This document shows positions 17,537-27,268 of a stretch of 64,000 bases of DNA, in pieces. The DNA comes from Actinomycetota bacterium (GTDB lineage Bacteria > Actinomycetota > UBA4738 > HRBIN12). Numbering within the stretch: the first letter of the stretch is position 1; every line of letters starts with the position of its first letter. The DNA is taken from assembly GCA_050692435.1 (NCBI GenBank), contig JBOGVG010000103.1:2897-66896 (forward strand). Reading direction: 5' to 3'. The translations under genes were made by a program, and so were the position numbers. The notes under the pieces are model-generated. The model searched no databases, was not told the DNA's origin, and saw only the letters and a program-made list of their open reading frames with translations.

Positions 17537-19564
17537 ATGCACCGGCTCGCCGCGTCCCTCCTCGCCCTGTCCATATGGTTGCTCCTTCCCCTGCCGCAGG
17601 GGCAGGCGGAGGCCCCGGAGCCGCTCGTTCGCCTCACGCTGGTCAGCCAGATCCCGTGGAACTCCATCAGCCAGCGCGAGCTCGACGTCGAGGTTCGCGC
17701 GGAGAATCTGGGCTTCGAGCCCATCGGCGAGCTCTCGATCGGATGGACCCTGTGGGGCCCGGTGTTCGAACGCATCAACTACGAGCGATCCCTGGTGGCC
17801 GATCCGGAGGACGCGGTGACGATCGACGGAGACACCCTGCCCCAGAACGGGACGATCGAGCCCGGCAGGTCCCGCGTGTTCACTGTGAGGCTCGCCCTCG
17901 ATTCGGAAGGGATCGCCACGGACACGTCGCTGATCTATCCGCTGAAGATCGACCTTCGGAGCAGCTTCACCTCGCTCGCCGCCATCCGGACCCCGGTCAT
18001 CTTCCTGGTGCGGCAGCCGGAGATCCCACTCAGCCTCGCCTGGACCTTCGTGCTGCACGAGCCCATTGGGTTCGGCCCGGACGGGGTGTTCACGTCCACC
18101 GCGCTCGAGCAGGAGCTCGCCACCGGCGGGGGCCTCGCCGGCCAGATCCGGTCGTTGCTGACCCTCACCCAGGACGGCTCGCAGACGCCGATCGGGGTGG
18201 CCGTCTCTCCGACCCTGCTCACGAACCTGGTGCGCATGCGAGATGGGTACATCGTGATGGACGAAGGGCAACGTCGGCAGGTCAAGGCTGGCGAAGGGGG
18301 GGCGGGCGCGGCTGCCCAGGCCCTCGCGGGCCTGCGGCAGATCGCGGCCGCCCCCGAGATCGAGCTGTCGGCCCTGCCCTTCGCCGCGCCCAGCCTCCCC
18401 GCCCTAGCCGCGAGCGGGCTCTGGGCGGACCTCACCACGCAGCTCGAACGGGGTCGCCAGACCGTGGCTACCGCGCTCGGCCGAACCCCCAACCCCGCCA
18501 TCCTCCGTCCGCCCGGCTCGGTGGTGGACCAGGCGAGCCTGGACCAGCTCCCCGGCCAGGGGGTGACCCTCCTCCTGCTCGACGACTGGGCCGCACCACC
18601 GCCGCCGCAACCTCTCGGCTTCGTGGCACCCCCCGCCACCTCGCTCCCCGCGGGCGGTGGGGAGATCGGCGCGCTCGTCTCCGACGCGGACGTCCAGGCC
18701 CTGTTCGGCTGGGAGCTGATGACCGAGGATCCCGTGCTCGGCGCCCAGGCCATCCTGGGCGAGCTCGCGCAAATCTGGCTGGAACAGCCGGGGGTTGAGC
18801 GAGGGATCGCCGTCACGTTCCCTGATGCGTTCGACCCACCCGGCGCCTTGTTCGGTCCGTTGGTGCGGGGGATCGCCGCCGCCCCCTGGGTTCGCAAGAC
18901 CACCGCCACAGCCCTGTCCCAGGCCTTCCCCCCGCCCGGGCCGGGGCAGCTCACACCGGCGCTGTCCCCGACCTTCCCTCGTGAGTACGTGGAGACCATC
19001 AAGCAAACGCGCCGCCGGATCCGCATCTACCGTTCCATGCTCGTTGACGAGAGCGATGAGCCCGACCGGCTCGAGACGCTGCTGCTCCTGGCGGAATCCG
19101 GCCAGTTCCTGGACGACAAGACCACCGGCTCCTGGTTCGCCCGCTACGCCCGCGACTCGGTGGGGGCGATCTTCAACGCGATCCGTCCAGACACGGATCA
19201 GGTGATCACGCTGACCTCCAGCGCCGGCAGGGGGATCCCGATGCGCGTGACGAACGGGAACGACGAGCCCGTCCGCGTCACGATCAGGCTGGTCTCGCCG
19301 CACCTCCAGGGCACCCCCGAGTCGTCGACGGTCCTCGACGCGCGGTCCACACGAACGGTGAACTTCGACGTGTCGCTGACCACCACCGGGCGGTTCCCGG
19401 TGGACGTGCAGATCGCGTCGCCCTCGGGCCGGATGATCGGCGAGAGCACCTTGATCGTGAGATCCACGGCGTACAACCGGATCGCGCTCATCATCACCTT
19501 CGGCGCGGCGGCGGTGGCCTTGCTCGTGTGGGCCAGGAGGTTCCTGCCACGTCGGACCGGGTGA
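17537..19564 (+). CDS. Rv3909-like large secreted protein (DUF6049-type) with C-terminal TM anchor
   Basis: Signal peptide MHRLAASLLALSIWLLLPLPQGQA and a C-terminal TM segment (IALIITFGAAAVALLVW). Its position immediately upstream of murJ matches mycobacteria. The family assignment rests on synteny and architecture. Confidence 0.6.
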   Translation: MHRLAASLLALSIWLLLPLPQGQAEAPEPLVRLTLVSQIPWNSISQRELDVEVRAENLGFEPIGELSIGWTLWGPVFERINYERSLVADPEDAVTIDGDTLPQNGTIEPGRSRVFTVRLALDSEGIATDTSLIYPLKIDLRSSFTSLAAIRTPVIFLVRQPEIPLSLAWTFVLHEPIGFGPDGVFTSTALEQELATGGGLAGQIRSLLTLTQDGSQTPIGVAVSPTLLTNLVRMRDGYIVMDEGQRRQVKAGEGGAGAAAQALAGLRQIAAAPEIELSALPFAAPSLPALAASGLWADLTTQLERGRQTVATALGRTPNPAILRPPGSVVDQASLDQLPGQGVTLLLLDDWAAPPPPQPLGFVAPPATSLPAGGGEIGALVSDADVQALFGWELMTEDPVLGAQAILGELAQIWLEQPGVERGIAVTFPDAFDPPGALFGPLVRGIAAAPWVRKTTATALSQAFPPPGPGQLTPALSPTFPREYVETIKQTRRRIRIYRSMLVDESDEPDRLETLLLLAESGQFLDDKTTGSWFARYARDSVGAIFNAIRPDTDQVITLTSSAGRGIPMRVTNGNDEPVRVTIRLVSPHLQGTPESSTVLDARSTRTVNFDVSLTTTGRFPVDVQIASPSGRMIGESTLIVRSTAYNRIALIITFGAAAVALLVWARRFLPRRTG

Positions 19565-21207
19565 CCCCGGACGCCCCGGAGGCCGGCGAGCTCCCACCGG
19601 AGGACTCACAGGGGTCGTTCGTCCGCAGCACCGCGGTGATGTCGGTGGGAACGGCGCTGTCGCGCGTCACGGGGTTCCTACGCTTGGCGGCCATGGCGTA
19701 CGCGCTCGGCATCTCTGAGACGCGTCTGGCGGACGCCTACAACATCGCCAACATCACGCCGAACATCATCTACGAGCTCGCCCTCGGTGGGATCCTGACG
19801 TCGGTGTTCGTCCCGGTATTCGTGGAGTGGCTCCAGAGCCGGGGTCGTGAACAAGCATGGGAGCTGGCCCGCCGGGCGCTCACGATCACCGCTATCTCGC
19901 TCGGCGCGATCGCCCTGCTCGGCGTGATCTTCGCTCCGTGGATCGTCCGCCTCTACACCGTGGGGGTGCCGGAGGACCAGCGCGCGGTGGTTAAGGAGCT
20001 CGCCTCGTTCTTCCTGAGATGGTTCATGCCGCAGATCGTCTTCTACGGAATCGGCGCGGCCGCCACCGGACTGCTGAACGCCCATAGACGGTTCGCCGTG
20101 CCGATGTTCGCGCCGATCCTCAACAACCTCATCGTCGTCGGCACGTTCCTGACGTTCGCCGCGATGTCCCGGCCGGACCAGGCGGTCTTGGCTACCGGGC
20201 CGCAAAAGCTGGTTCTCGCCATCGGGACGACCCTGGGGGTCGTGGCGATGACCGCCGCGCTGTGGCCCTCGCTCCACCGCCTGGGGTTCCGGTTCGGGTG
20301 GCGGCCCGACTGGCGGGACGAGGCGGTGTCCCGCATCACCCAACTGGCGAAGTGGGTGATCGTGTACGTGGCGGCGAACCAGCTCGGATACCTCGTCGTC
20401 CTGATCCTGGCGGCCCGGGTCCAGGGCGGGTACACGGCCTACGCCGCCGGGTTCATGCTGTTCCAGCTCCCGCACTCGATCTTCGTCGTCTCGGTGTTCA
20501 CGGCGCTGCTGCCGGCGATGTCGTCGCGTTGGGTCGACGGCGATCGGGCCGGCTTCCGCGAGCTCCTGGCCGGGGGGATCAGGTGGACCGGGGTGCTCGT
20601 CGTGCCGGCCGCCCTGGGCTACCTGGCGCTGGCCGTCCCCATCGTCCGACTGCTCCTCGAGCACGGGGTGACCCGTCCGAGGAGCACCGAGCTCGTGGCC
20701 GGCGTCCTGGTGTTCTTCGCCGTCGGGCTGTTCTCCTTCTCCACGTTCCAGCTCCTTCTTCGCGCGTTCTACTCGATGCAGGACACCCGGACCCCGGCCC
20801 TGGTGAACATCTCGGCGGTAGGCCTGAACGTGGCGCTCGACTTGCTGTTCGTCTTGGTCCTCGACCTGGGGGTCCGAGGGTTGGCCCTGGGGCACGCCAC
20901 CGCGTACACCTTTGGATCCATGGCGCTGGTCTTGATCGTCCGCCGCAGGCTGGGCGGGATCGACGGCAGGCGGATCCTGTCCGGCCTGACCCGGACGCTC
21001 CCCGCGGCCGCGGTCACGGCGGCGGCGGCGTGGGGGGTGGCCCGGCTCATCGAGGAACAGCTCGGCACCGTCACCCTAGGAGCACAGGCCCTCCAGGTGC
21101 TCGGGGCGGTCGCGGTGGGGGTGCTTGTCTTCGTGGCGACAGCGCTTATGTTCCGCATCGAGGAGGTCGATGTGGTGCGAAGGCAACTCGTCGCGAGGTG
21201 GAGGTGA
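19561..21207 (+). CDS. murJ: Lipid II flippase MurJ
   Basis: SRVTGFLRLAAMAYALG...ADAYNIANITPNIIYEL is the typical MurJ N-terminus, with about 14 TM segments. The GTG start overlaps the upstream stop (GTGA). Confidence 0.9.
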   Translation: MTPDAPEAGELPPEDSQGSFVRSTAVMSVGTALSRVTGFLRLAAMAYALGISETRLADAYNIANITPNIIYELALGGILTSVFVPVFVEWLQSRGREQAWELARRALTITAISLGAIALLGVIFAPWIVRLYTVGVPEDQRAVVKELASFFLRWFMPQIVFYGIGAAATGLLNAHRRFAVPMFAPILNNLIVVGTFLTFAAMSRPDQAVLATGPQKLVLAIGTTLGVVAMTAALWPSLHRLGFRFGWRPDWRDEAVSRITQLAKWVIVYVAANQLGYLVVLILAARVQGGYTAYAAGFMLFQLPHSIFVVSVFTALLPAMSSRWVDGDRAGFRELLAGGIRWTGVLVVPAALGYLALAVPIVRLLLEHGVTRPRSTELVAGVLVFFAVGLFSFSTFQLLLRAFYSMQDTRTPALVNISAVGLNVALDLLFVLVLDLGVRGLALGHATAYTFGSMALVLIVRRRLGGIDGRRILSGLTRTLPAAAVTAAAAWGVARLIEEQLGTVTLGAQALQVLGAVAVGVLVFVATALMFRIEEVDVVRRQLVARWR

Positions 21208-21614
21208 AGACGGTGGGGAGGCTGTCGGACGAGCGCGGGCTGGTCAGCAAGCTCGGGGTGATGTGGCTCGTCATCGTCGCGCTATTTGTGGTGGCCGCCT
21301 TCGACACTGGCTCCATCGCCCTGACCAAGTTCAAGGTGGCCAGCGCCGCCGAAAAGGCGGCCTTCGAGGCGGCGGCCACGTACAAGGCGACCGGGAACCG
21401 CGACAAGGCCCGCCTCACCGCGCTCGAACAACTGGAGCAGGAGGCCCCGGACGCCCGGCTCGCGAGGGACGGGTTCTCCATCAACCAGCGGACGGGAGAG
21501 GTCACCGTGACCGCGGTGGACCGGGCCTCCACCCTGCTCGCCGGCCGCATCGGGTTCCTCAAGGAATTCACCAGGACGACCGCCACCGAGACCGCCGGCC
21601 CCTCGACGTTCTGA
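21204..21614 (+). CDS. Small membrane protein with TadE/G-like N-terminal segment
   Basis: DERGLVSKLGVMWLVIVALFVVAAFDTGSI resembles the Tad N-terminal motif (ERG..hydrophobic..D.G). The GTG start overlaps the murJ stop. Confidence 0.45.
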   Translation: MKTVGRLSDERGLVSKLGVMWLVIVALFVVAAFDTGSIALTKFKVASAAEKAAFEAAATYKATGNRDKARLTALEQLEQEAPDARLARDGFSINQRTGEVTVTAVDRASTLLAGRIGFLKEFTRTTATETAGPSTF

Positions 21615-21658
21615 GCATCCAGGGCCGTCGGCCGGATGTCGCGACGTAGACTGCGCGG

Positions 21659-23104
21659 GTGAGGACGGAGCAGCCACGGGCCGTGCTCGCGGGGCGATAC
21701 GTCCTCGAGCAGGAGCTCGGTCGAAGCGGTCTCGGCGTGGCGTGGCGAGCCACGGACGTGGTGCTAGACCGCCGGGTGGTGGTGAAGCTGCTCCGGGCGG
21801 GGTCGGCCGAGGATCCCGGCTTCGCCGAGCGCCTAGTCGAGCGACTGCGCGCCGTGGCCCTGGTGTCCCATCCCGGGCTGGCCCGCCTCCTGGACACGGG
21901 CCGCGAGGACGGTGTGGAGTTCATCGTTCGCGAATACGTGGAGGGCGGCAGCCTCCGGGACCTCCTGGATTCGGAGAGGAAGGTGCCGGCGGACCAGGCG
22001 GCCCGCGTCATCGGCTCGGTGCTCGACGCGCTGGCGGCGTCCCACGATGCCGGCATCCTCCACCTCAACCTCAAGCCCGAGAACGTGCTCATCGGGCCGG
22101 ACGGCACGGTGCGCGTATGCGATCCGGTGATCGCCCAGGGTCCGGCGGGGACGGGCCGGTCCCAGAAGGTCGCCCCGATCGACGGGGACGGTCCGATCCC
22201 ACCGGAACAAAGGAGCGGCGGGCCCGTTGACCCCCGGACCGACGTGTGGGGGGCCGGGGCCCTGTTGTTCGAGCTCCTCACGGGGGAACCTCCCCGTGAC
22301 GGGCGTCCGGCCACGCCGCGATCCCTCCGCAGGGACACTCCCCGCGCGCTGGACGCTGCAGTAGCTCGGGCCCTCTCCCCGGAACCGGAGGACCGGTTCG
22401 CCTCCCCCCACGAGTTCGCCGAGTCGCTTCGGAGGATCTGGCGGGAAGCGGGGCCGCCGCTCGCCGTGCCGGTCGGACCAACGCCCCAACCCGAGGCGGT
22501 CCCGCCCCTGAGCCGCCACCGATCGGTGTTCCGCACGTGGCTGGCGATGCCCCTGCTGATCGCGCTCGTCGCCGCCGGCTCCGTGGGCGCTGGATTGTGG
22601 CTGGGGGAGCTGGAGCTCGGCGGCCCGGTGGGGGTCCAGGTGAAACGGGAGGAGGTGCCGAGCTCGACGCCTGCCACGCGTCTGGCTCGTTTCGCGTCGG
22701 TCGGGACGTTCGACCCGTTCGGCGACGGCCGTGAGAACGACTCGGGCCTCGCCTCCGCGGCCGACGGCGACGAGGCCACCGCATGGAAGTCGGAGAACTA
22801 CTTCGACGGCCGGCTGAACAAGCCGGGCGTGGGGCTGCTCTTCGACCTCGGGGTCGAGCGCACGGTCACCGGATTCAGGCTCACCTCACCGCACCCGGGA
22901 TTCGACTTCGCCGTGGTGGTCGGGGACGACCCGGCGACCATGGCCGATTCCGCCCATGCCACGTTCACCGCCTCCGCCGATACGCGCGAGTCGATCGAAC
23001 CCGCCGCGGGGCGATACGTGCTGCTGTGGATCACCACCGTCGTTGTAACCGGCGACGGGAACCGCGCGGAGGTGGCCGAGTTCCGGGTGGTGGCGACGGG
23101 CTGA
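21659..23104 (+). CDS. Membrane-anchored Ser/Thr pseudokinase with extracellular discoidin-like domain
   Basis: Kinase fold is present (VVVKLL, SHPGLARLLD, PPE). The catalytic loop reads HLNLKPEN instead of HRDLKPxN, and DFG is replaced by CDPV. One TM segment (WLAMPLLIALVAAGSVGAGLWL). The C-terminal domain contains DGDEATAWKSENY...RYVLLWIT. Confidence 0.8.
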   Translation: MRTEQPRAVLAGRYVLEQELGRSGLGVAWRATDVVLDRRVVVKLLRAGSAEDPGFAERLVERLRAVALVSHPGLARLLDTGREDGVEFIVREYVEGGSLRDLLDSERKVPADQAARVIGSVLDALAASHDAGILHLNLKPENVLIGPDGTVRVCDPVIAQGPAGTGRSQKVAPIDGDGPIPPEQRSGGPVDPRTDVWGAGALLFELLTGEPPRDGRPATPRSLRRDTPRALDAAVARALSPEPEDRFASPHEFAESLRRIWREAGPPLAVPVGPTPQPEAVPPLSRHRSVFRTWLAMPLLIALVAAGSVGAGLWLGELELGGPVGVQVKREEVPSSTPATRLARFASVGTFDPFGDGRENDSGLASAADGDEATAWKSENYFDGRLNKPGVGLLFDLGVERTVTGFRLTSPHPGFDFAVVVGDDPATMADSAHATFTASADTRESIEPAAGRYVLLWITTVVVTGDGNRAEVAEFRVVATG

Positions 23105-23697
23105 TGCCGGACGGCGAACGCGACGAGGACCTGGTCCGTCGGGCCGTGAGTGGAGAGCATTCGGCGTTCGGAATCCTCGTCGAGCGGCACGAGCGCCGCG
23201 TGTACAACCTGGCGCTCCGGATGACCGGACACGAAGAGGACGCGCGCGACGCCACCCAGGAGGCCTTCCTCACCGCCCTCCGGAAGCTCTCGTCGTTCCG
23301 GGGCGAGGCCGCCTTCACCACCTGGATGCACCGGGTCACCGTGAATACGTGCTACGACCTCCTCCGAAAGCGAAGGCGGGCACCCTTGCTCGAGCGGAGC
23401 GAGGAACACGAGCCGGAGCCGCCCCCCGCGCCCGACCCTGCCGACGCCACGGACCTCTCGATCGACGTGCAGCGGGCGCTGCTCCGGGTGCCGCCCGACT
23501 ACCGGATCGTGATGATCCTCCACGACGTCCAGGACCTGCCCTACGAGGAGGTTGCGGCGATCGTGGGCGTGCCGGTGGGCACGGTGAAGTCGCGCCTGCA
23601 CCGGGGTCGGGTGGCGCTGTCCCGGGCCCTCCGCGGCCGCTCGGAGCGGGAACGTCCCGAGCCGCCGGGACCGTCTGACCAGGCGAGGTCGAGATGA
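23104..23697 (+). CDS. ECF (sigma-70 group IV) sigma factor, SigM position
   Basis: Region 2 (RRVYNLALRMTGHEEDARDATQEAFL) and region 4 (DLPYEEVAAIVGVPVGTVKSRLHRGR). The ATG overlaps the upstream TGA. Confidence 0.9.
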   Translation: MPDGERDEDLVRRAVSGEHSAFGILVERHERRVYNLALRMTGHEEDARDATQEAFLTALRKLSSFRGEAAFTTWMHRVTVNTCYDLLRKRRRAPLLERSEEHEPEPPPAPDPADATDLSIDVQRALLRVPPDYRIVMILHDVQDLPYEEVAAIVGVPVGTVKSRLHRGRVALSRALRGRSERERPEPPGPSDQARSR

Positions 23698-24455
23698 CGC
23701 ACCCCGAGGAACTCCTTGCCGGCTACGTCGACGGCGCGCTCACCGAGGAGGAGCGGGCCGAGGTCGACGCGCACCTCGCCACGTGCTGGGCGTGCCGGGA
23801 AGAGATGGAGCTCTCCACCCTGGCCGTGGCGGCCCTGGCCGAGCTGCCCGAGCAGCCCGTCCCGCTCGGCGTGATGAACCCGGTCGCCGCCGAGATCCGC
23901 CGGCGGGGCGCCGGAGCGGCCGCCACACCGTGGTGGGGCAGGTTCCAATGGGCCGCCGGGCTCGCTGCGGCCGCGGCGCTGGTGGCGGTGATCGCCGTGG
24001 TACTCCCGCGCCTGGGAGAGGAGGAGAAGAGCGCGGCCCTCAGGGCCGAGGCCGGTGGGGCGACGCCCACCGAGTCGGTCCCCGGCGCCGACGCCGCCCT
24101 GGCCAGGGGCGTCTTCCTGGAGATCCAGCCGGACGCGGACTACAGCGCCGAAGACCTGGAGGCCCTGGCGAACGAGGCCGCTCAGCGGACGGGCCTCAGC
24201 GCCGTGGCCCCCGGCGCGGCGACGGTCGCCCACGCCGAGGCCAACGCCGCCAAGGCGTGCCTGGTCGAGCCGGGCGGCCTCACGGAAGGCGACCGGCTGG
24301 TCCGGCTGATCCGGGCCAGGTTCGATGGGAAGCCCGCGTACCTCGGGGTCTACCTGGAGAGCCCCGGTGCCGACCGGCCCTCCAACCGGGTCGTCATCTG
24401 GGTCGTGGCCACGAAGGACTGCCGGATACTGTCCTTTTCGTCCAAGCCGCTGTAG
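23694..24455 (+). CDS. Anti-sigma factor (zf-HC2, single TM)
   Basis: N-terminal LLAGYVDGALTEEERAEVDAHLATCWAC (HxxxCxxC) and a TM segment (WAAGLAAAAALVAVIAVVL). ATGA overlap with the sigma gene. Confidence 0.8.
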   Translation: MTHPEELLAGYVDGALTEEERAEVDAHLATCWACREEMELSTLAVAALAELPEQPVPLGVMNPVAAEIRRRGAGAAATPWWGRFQWAAGLAAAAALVAVIAVVLPRLGEEEKSAALRAEAGGATPTESVPGADAALARGVFLEIQPDADYSAEDLEALANEAAQRTGLSAVAPGAATVAHAEANAAKACLVEPGGLTEGDRLVRLIRARFDGKPAYLGVYLESPGADRPSNRVVIWVVATKDCRILSFSSKPL

Positions 24456-24537
24456 CGGCGGGACTGCTTCGTCCCCCACCCGCCGCAACAGCACGGCGCT
24501 TGGATGTTTCGAGCGGACACTCGTAGAGTTGTCGTTC

Positions 24538-25308
24538 GTGAGGTACCGGGTCGAGCAGCTCGCCGCGGCGTGCGACGTCTCCGTGGACACGGTCCGCTTC
24601 TACCAGACCCGGGGCCTCCTCCCGCCGCCGGAACGCGAGGGGCGGGTGGCCTGGTACGGCCCCCGACACGCCGAGCGGATCCGTGAGGTCCGCGCGCTCC
24701 AGCGAAAGGGCCTGACCCTCGCCGCGATCAAGCACGTGATCCAGGGCGAGCTGGGCAAGGCCGACGCCAACCTCGCGGCGGCGGTGGCCGCAGCGCGGGG
24801 GGAAGGGCGCGACGACGCGTTGCTCACGCTCGAGCAGTTCGGGGCGGCCAGCGGCGTCCCGCCGTCGCTGATCCAGGCGGTGGAGCGAGAGGGGATCCGC
24901 CTCGCTCGGCGGGTCGATGGGGAGGACCGGTACATCGCCGCCGACATCGACATGGTCCGGGCGGCCCTGAAGCTCCTCGAGTACGGCCTTCCCTTGGGAG
25001 AGCTGCTCACCCTGGCCCGCGACACCCACCGGGCCATGGCCGGGCTGGCCGAGCGAGCGGTCGAGCTGTTCGACGAACGGGTCCGAAAGCCCATCCGAGA
25101 CACCGCCGCATCCGACGAGGAAGCCGCCGCGCAGCTCGTCGAGGCGTTCCGCACGCTCCTCCCCGCGGTCACCGAGCTCGTGGCGAACCACTTCCGCCGG
25201 GTGCTGCTCGGCGTGGCCGAGGAGCACATCGAGCGGGTGGGCGGAAAGGCCGAGGTGGAGGCGGCCCGGGCCGAGTCCCGGCGCCTCGACCGCGCGTGGC
25301 AGGCGTGA
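24538..25308 (+). CDS. MerR-family transcriptional regulator
   Basis: YRVEQLAAACDVSVDTVRFYQTRGLLPPPER...RIREVRALQRKGLTLAAIK. The GTG start at 24538 was chosen, and the start is uncertain. Confidence 0.7.
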   Translation: MRYRVEQLAAACDVSVDTVRFYQTRGLLPPPEREGRVAWYGPRHAERIREVRALQRKGLTLAAIKHVIQGELGKADANLAAAVAAARGEGRDDALLTLEQFGAASGVPPSLIQAVEREGIRLARRVDGEDRYIAADIDMVRAALKLLEYGLPLGELLTLARDTHRAMAGLAERAVELFDERVRKPIRDTAASDEEAAAQLVEAFRTLLPAVTELVANHFRRVLLGVAEEHIERVGGKAEVEAARAESRRLDRAWQA

Positions 25309-25997
25309 CCGGTTCCGAGGGCCTGCCGCAGGGCGAGGACAAGGCCCGCCGGGTCCGAGGGATGTTCGACGCCATCGCCGGGCGATACGACTTGGTGAAC
25401 CGGGTCATGACATTCGGGATGGACGTGGGGTGGCGCCGACGCGCGGTCCGCGAGCTTCGGCTCCCCGGCGGCGCTCTCGTGGTCGACCTCGCTTGCGGCA
25501 CCGGCGACCTGTGCAGCGAGCTCCACCGCAACGGATACCGAGCGGTCGGGTTCGACTTCTCCCACGGCATGCTGGCCGAGGCCACCACCGATGCGCCCCT
25601 GGTGGAGGCCGACGTCCTTCGCTTGCCGGTGCGCGACGCCTCGACCGACGGGGCGACGTGCGGGTTCGCGCTTCGAAACGTCATCGACCTCCGGGCGTTC
25701 TTCGAGGAGTTGGCGAGGGTCGTCCGGCGAGATGGGCGGATCGCGCTGCTCGAGGCGTCCGAGCCCGAGGGCCCCGTGATGCGGGCCGGCCACAACATGT
25801 ACTTCCGGCGTGTGGTGCCGGTGATCGGCGGCGTGTTGTCGGATCGGGAGGCGTACCGCTACCTCCCCCGGTCCATGGAGTACCTCCCGCAGCCACCGGA
25901 GCTGCTCGCATTGCTTCGGGGCTCCGGGTTCCCGGACGCGCGGCGACTCCCGCTCTCGGGCGGCATCGCGCAGCTGCTGGTTGGGACGCGGGAATGA
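25296..25997 (+). CDS. menG: Demethylmenaquinone methyltransferase (UbiE/MenG family)
   Basis: VRGMFDAIAGRYDLVNRVMTFGMDVGWRR and the SAM motif VVDLACGTGD. Confidence 0.85.
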   Translation: MAGVTGSEGLPQGEDKARRVRGMFDAIAGRYDLVNRVMTFGMDVGWRRRAVRELRLPGGALVVDLACGTGDLCSELHRNGYRAVGFDFSHGMLAEATTDAPLVEADVLRLPVRDASTDGATCGFALRNVIDLRAFFEELARVVRRDGRIALLEASEPEGPVMRAGHNMYFRRVVPVIGGVLSDREAYRYLPRSMEYLPQPPELLALLRGSGFPDARRLPLSGGIAQLLVGTRE

Positions 25998-27268
25998 GCG
26001 GGGCCCCCCTCGTGGCCGGGGCCCGGAGGCTCGGCCCGGCCTTCGATCTCATCGCGAACTACGAGCCCGACGGGTTCTTCTTCGAGCGGAGCGGCCTGGG
26101 GGTCTCGGCCTCCGGGACGGCCGGCGGCTTCGACGTGAACGGAGGGCCCGGGCGGATCGAGGAGCTTGCCCGGGTGGCCGGGGAGACGCTCGGGGCGATC
26201 CAGCGGGACGACGACGGGCCTCCGGTCGTGGCGGTGGGGGCCATCCCGTTCGACGAGGCGGAGCCGGCATCGCTGGCGATCCCATCGCGGACCGCCGTCC
26301 GGCGGCGGACGGGGGACACGTGGCGGATCGACGTGTGGCCCCAGGACGGTGCGCCGGGGGAGACCGAACCGCCTGGCCGGTGGGTCGGCGGCGCGCCGCA
26401 CCAGGCGTTCGCCGACATCCAGGTCCGACCCGACCCGGAGCCCTCCCGGTATGCGGCCGCCGTGGGCGAGGCCACTCGGCGGATCGCGGCCGGCGAGCTC
26501 CGAAAGATCGTGCTCGCCCGGTCCCTGATCGTGGAGGCGGGGCGGGAGCTCGATCCCCACCGGCTGCTGTGGCGTCTTCGCGCGGTCGACCCCGACTGCT
26601 TCGCCTTCGCCGTGCCAACCTTCGCCCCGGAAGGCCGGCGGTTGGCGTCCCGGGGCGTGCTGGTCGGCGCGAGCCCCGAGCTCCTCGTGAGGAAGGCCGG
26701 GGCTGAGGTCCGGGCCACACCCCTCGCCGGCTCCGCCCCCCGCTTCGGGGACCCGGAGGAGGACCGCGCCTCGGCCGAGCGACTGCTCGGCTCGGAGAAG
26801 GACCGTGAGGAGCACGCCGCGGTGTCGGAGTTCGTCGAGCTCGTCCTGGGCAATTTCTGCGGCCGGCTGGACCATCCCGAGGAGCCCGAGCTCCTGGGGA
26901 CCGCGAACGTCTGGCACCTCGCCACGCCCTTCCACGGCCGGTTGCGGGACCCGGCGCGGTCCGTGCTCGACCTCGTGGCGGAGCTTCACCCCACGCCGGC
27001 CGTGTGCGGCGCGCCCCGAGACGGCGCGAGAAAGGTGCTCGGGGAGCTCGAGACCCTGCACCGCGGGTGCTACGCGGGGCCGGTCGGCTGGGTGGACGTG
27101 AACGGCGACGGCGAGTGGGCCATCGGACTCCGTTGCGCTGAGGTCGCAGGCAGTACGGCCCGGTTGTTCGCCGGCGCCGGCATCGTTGCCGGGTCGGTGC
27201 CGGGGCTCGAGCTCGACGAGACCGAGCGGAAGTTCCGGGCGCTCCTCGACTCGCTCCGGTGGGGCTAA
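25994..27268 (+). CDS. menF: Isochorismate synthase
   Basis: Chorismate-binding motifs GASPELLVRK, TPLAGS, EHAAV, LHPTPAVCG and YAGPVGW. ATGA overlap with menG. The start was trimmed from ORF 25430..27268. Confidence 0.85.
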   Translation: MSGAPLVAGARRLGPAFDLIANYEPDGFFFERSGLGVSASGTAGGFDVNGGPGRIEELARVAGETLGAIQRDDDGPPVVAVGAIPFDEAEPASLAIPSRTAVRRRTGDTWRIDVWPQDGAPGETEPPGRWVGGAPHQAFADIQVRPDPEPSRYAAAVGEATRRIAAGELRKIVLARSLIVEAGRELDPHRLLWRLRAVDPDCFAFAVPTFAPEGRRLASRGVLVGASPELLVRKAGAEVRATPLAGSAPRFGDPEEDRASAERLLGSEKDREEHAAVSEFVELVLGNFCGRLDHPEEPELLGTANVWHLATPFHGRLRDPARSVLDLVAELHPTPAVCGAPRDGARKVLGELETLHRGCYAGPVGWVDVNGDGEWAIGLRCAEVAGSTARLFAGAGIVAGSVPGLELDETERKFRALLDSLRWG

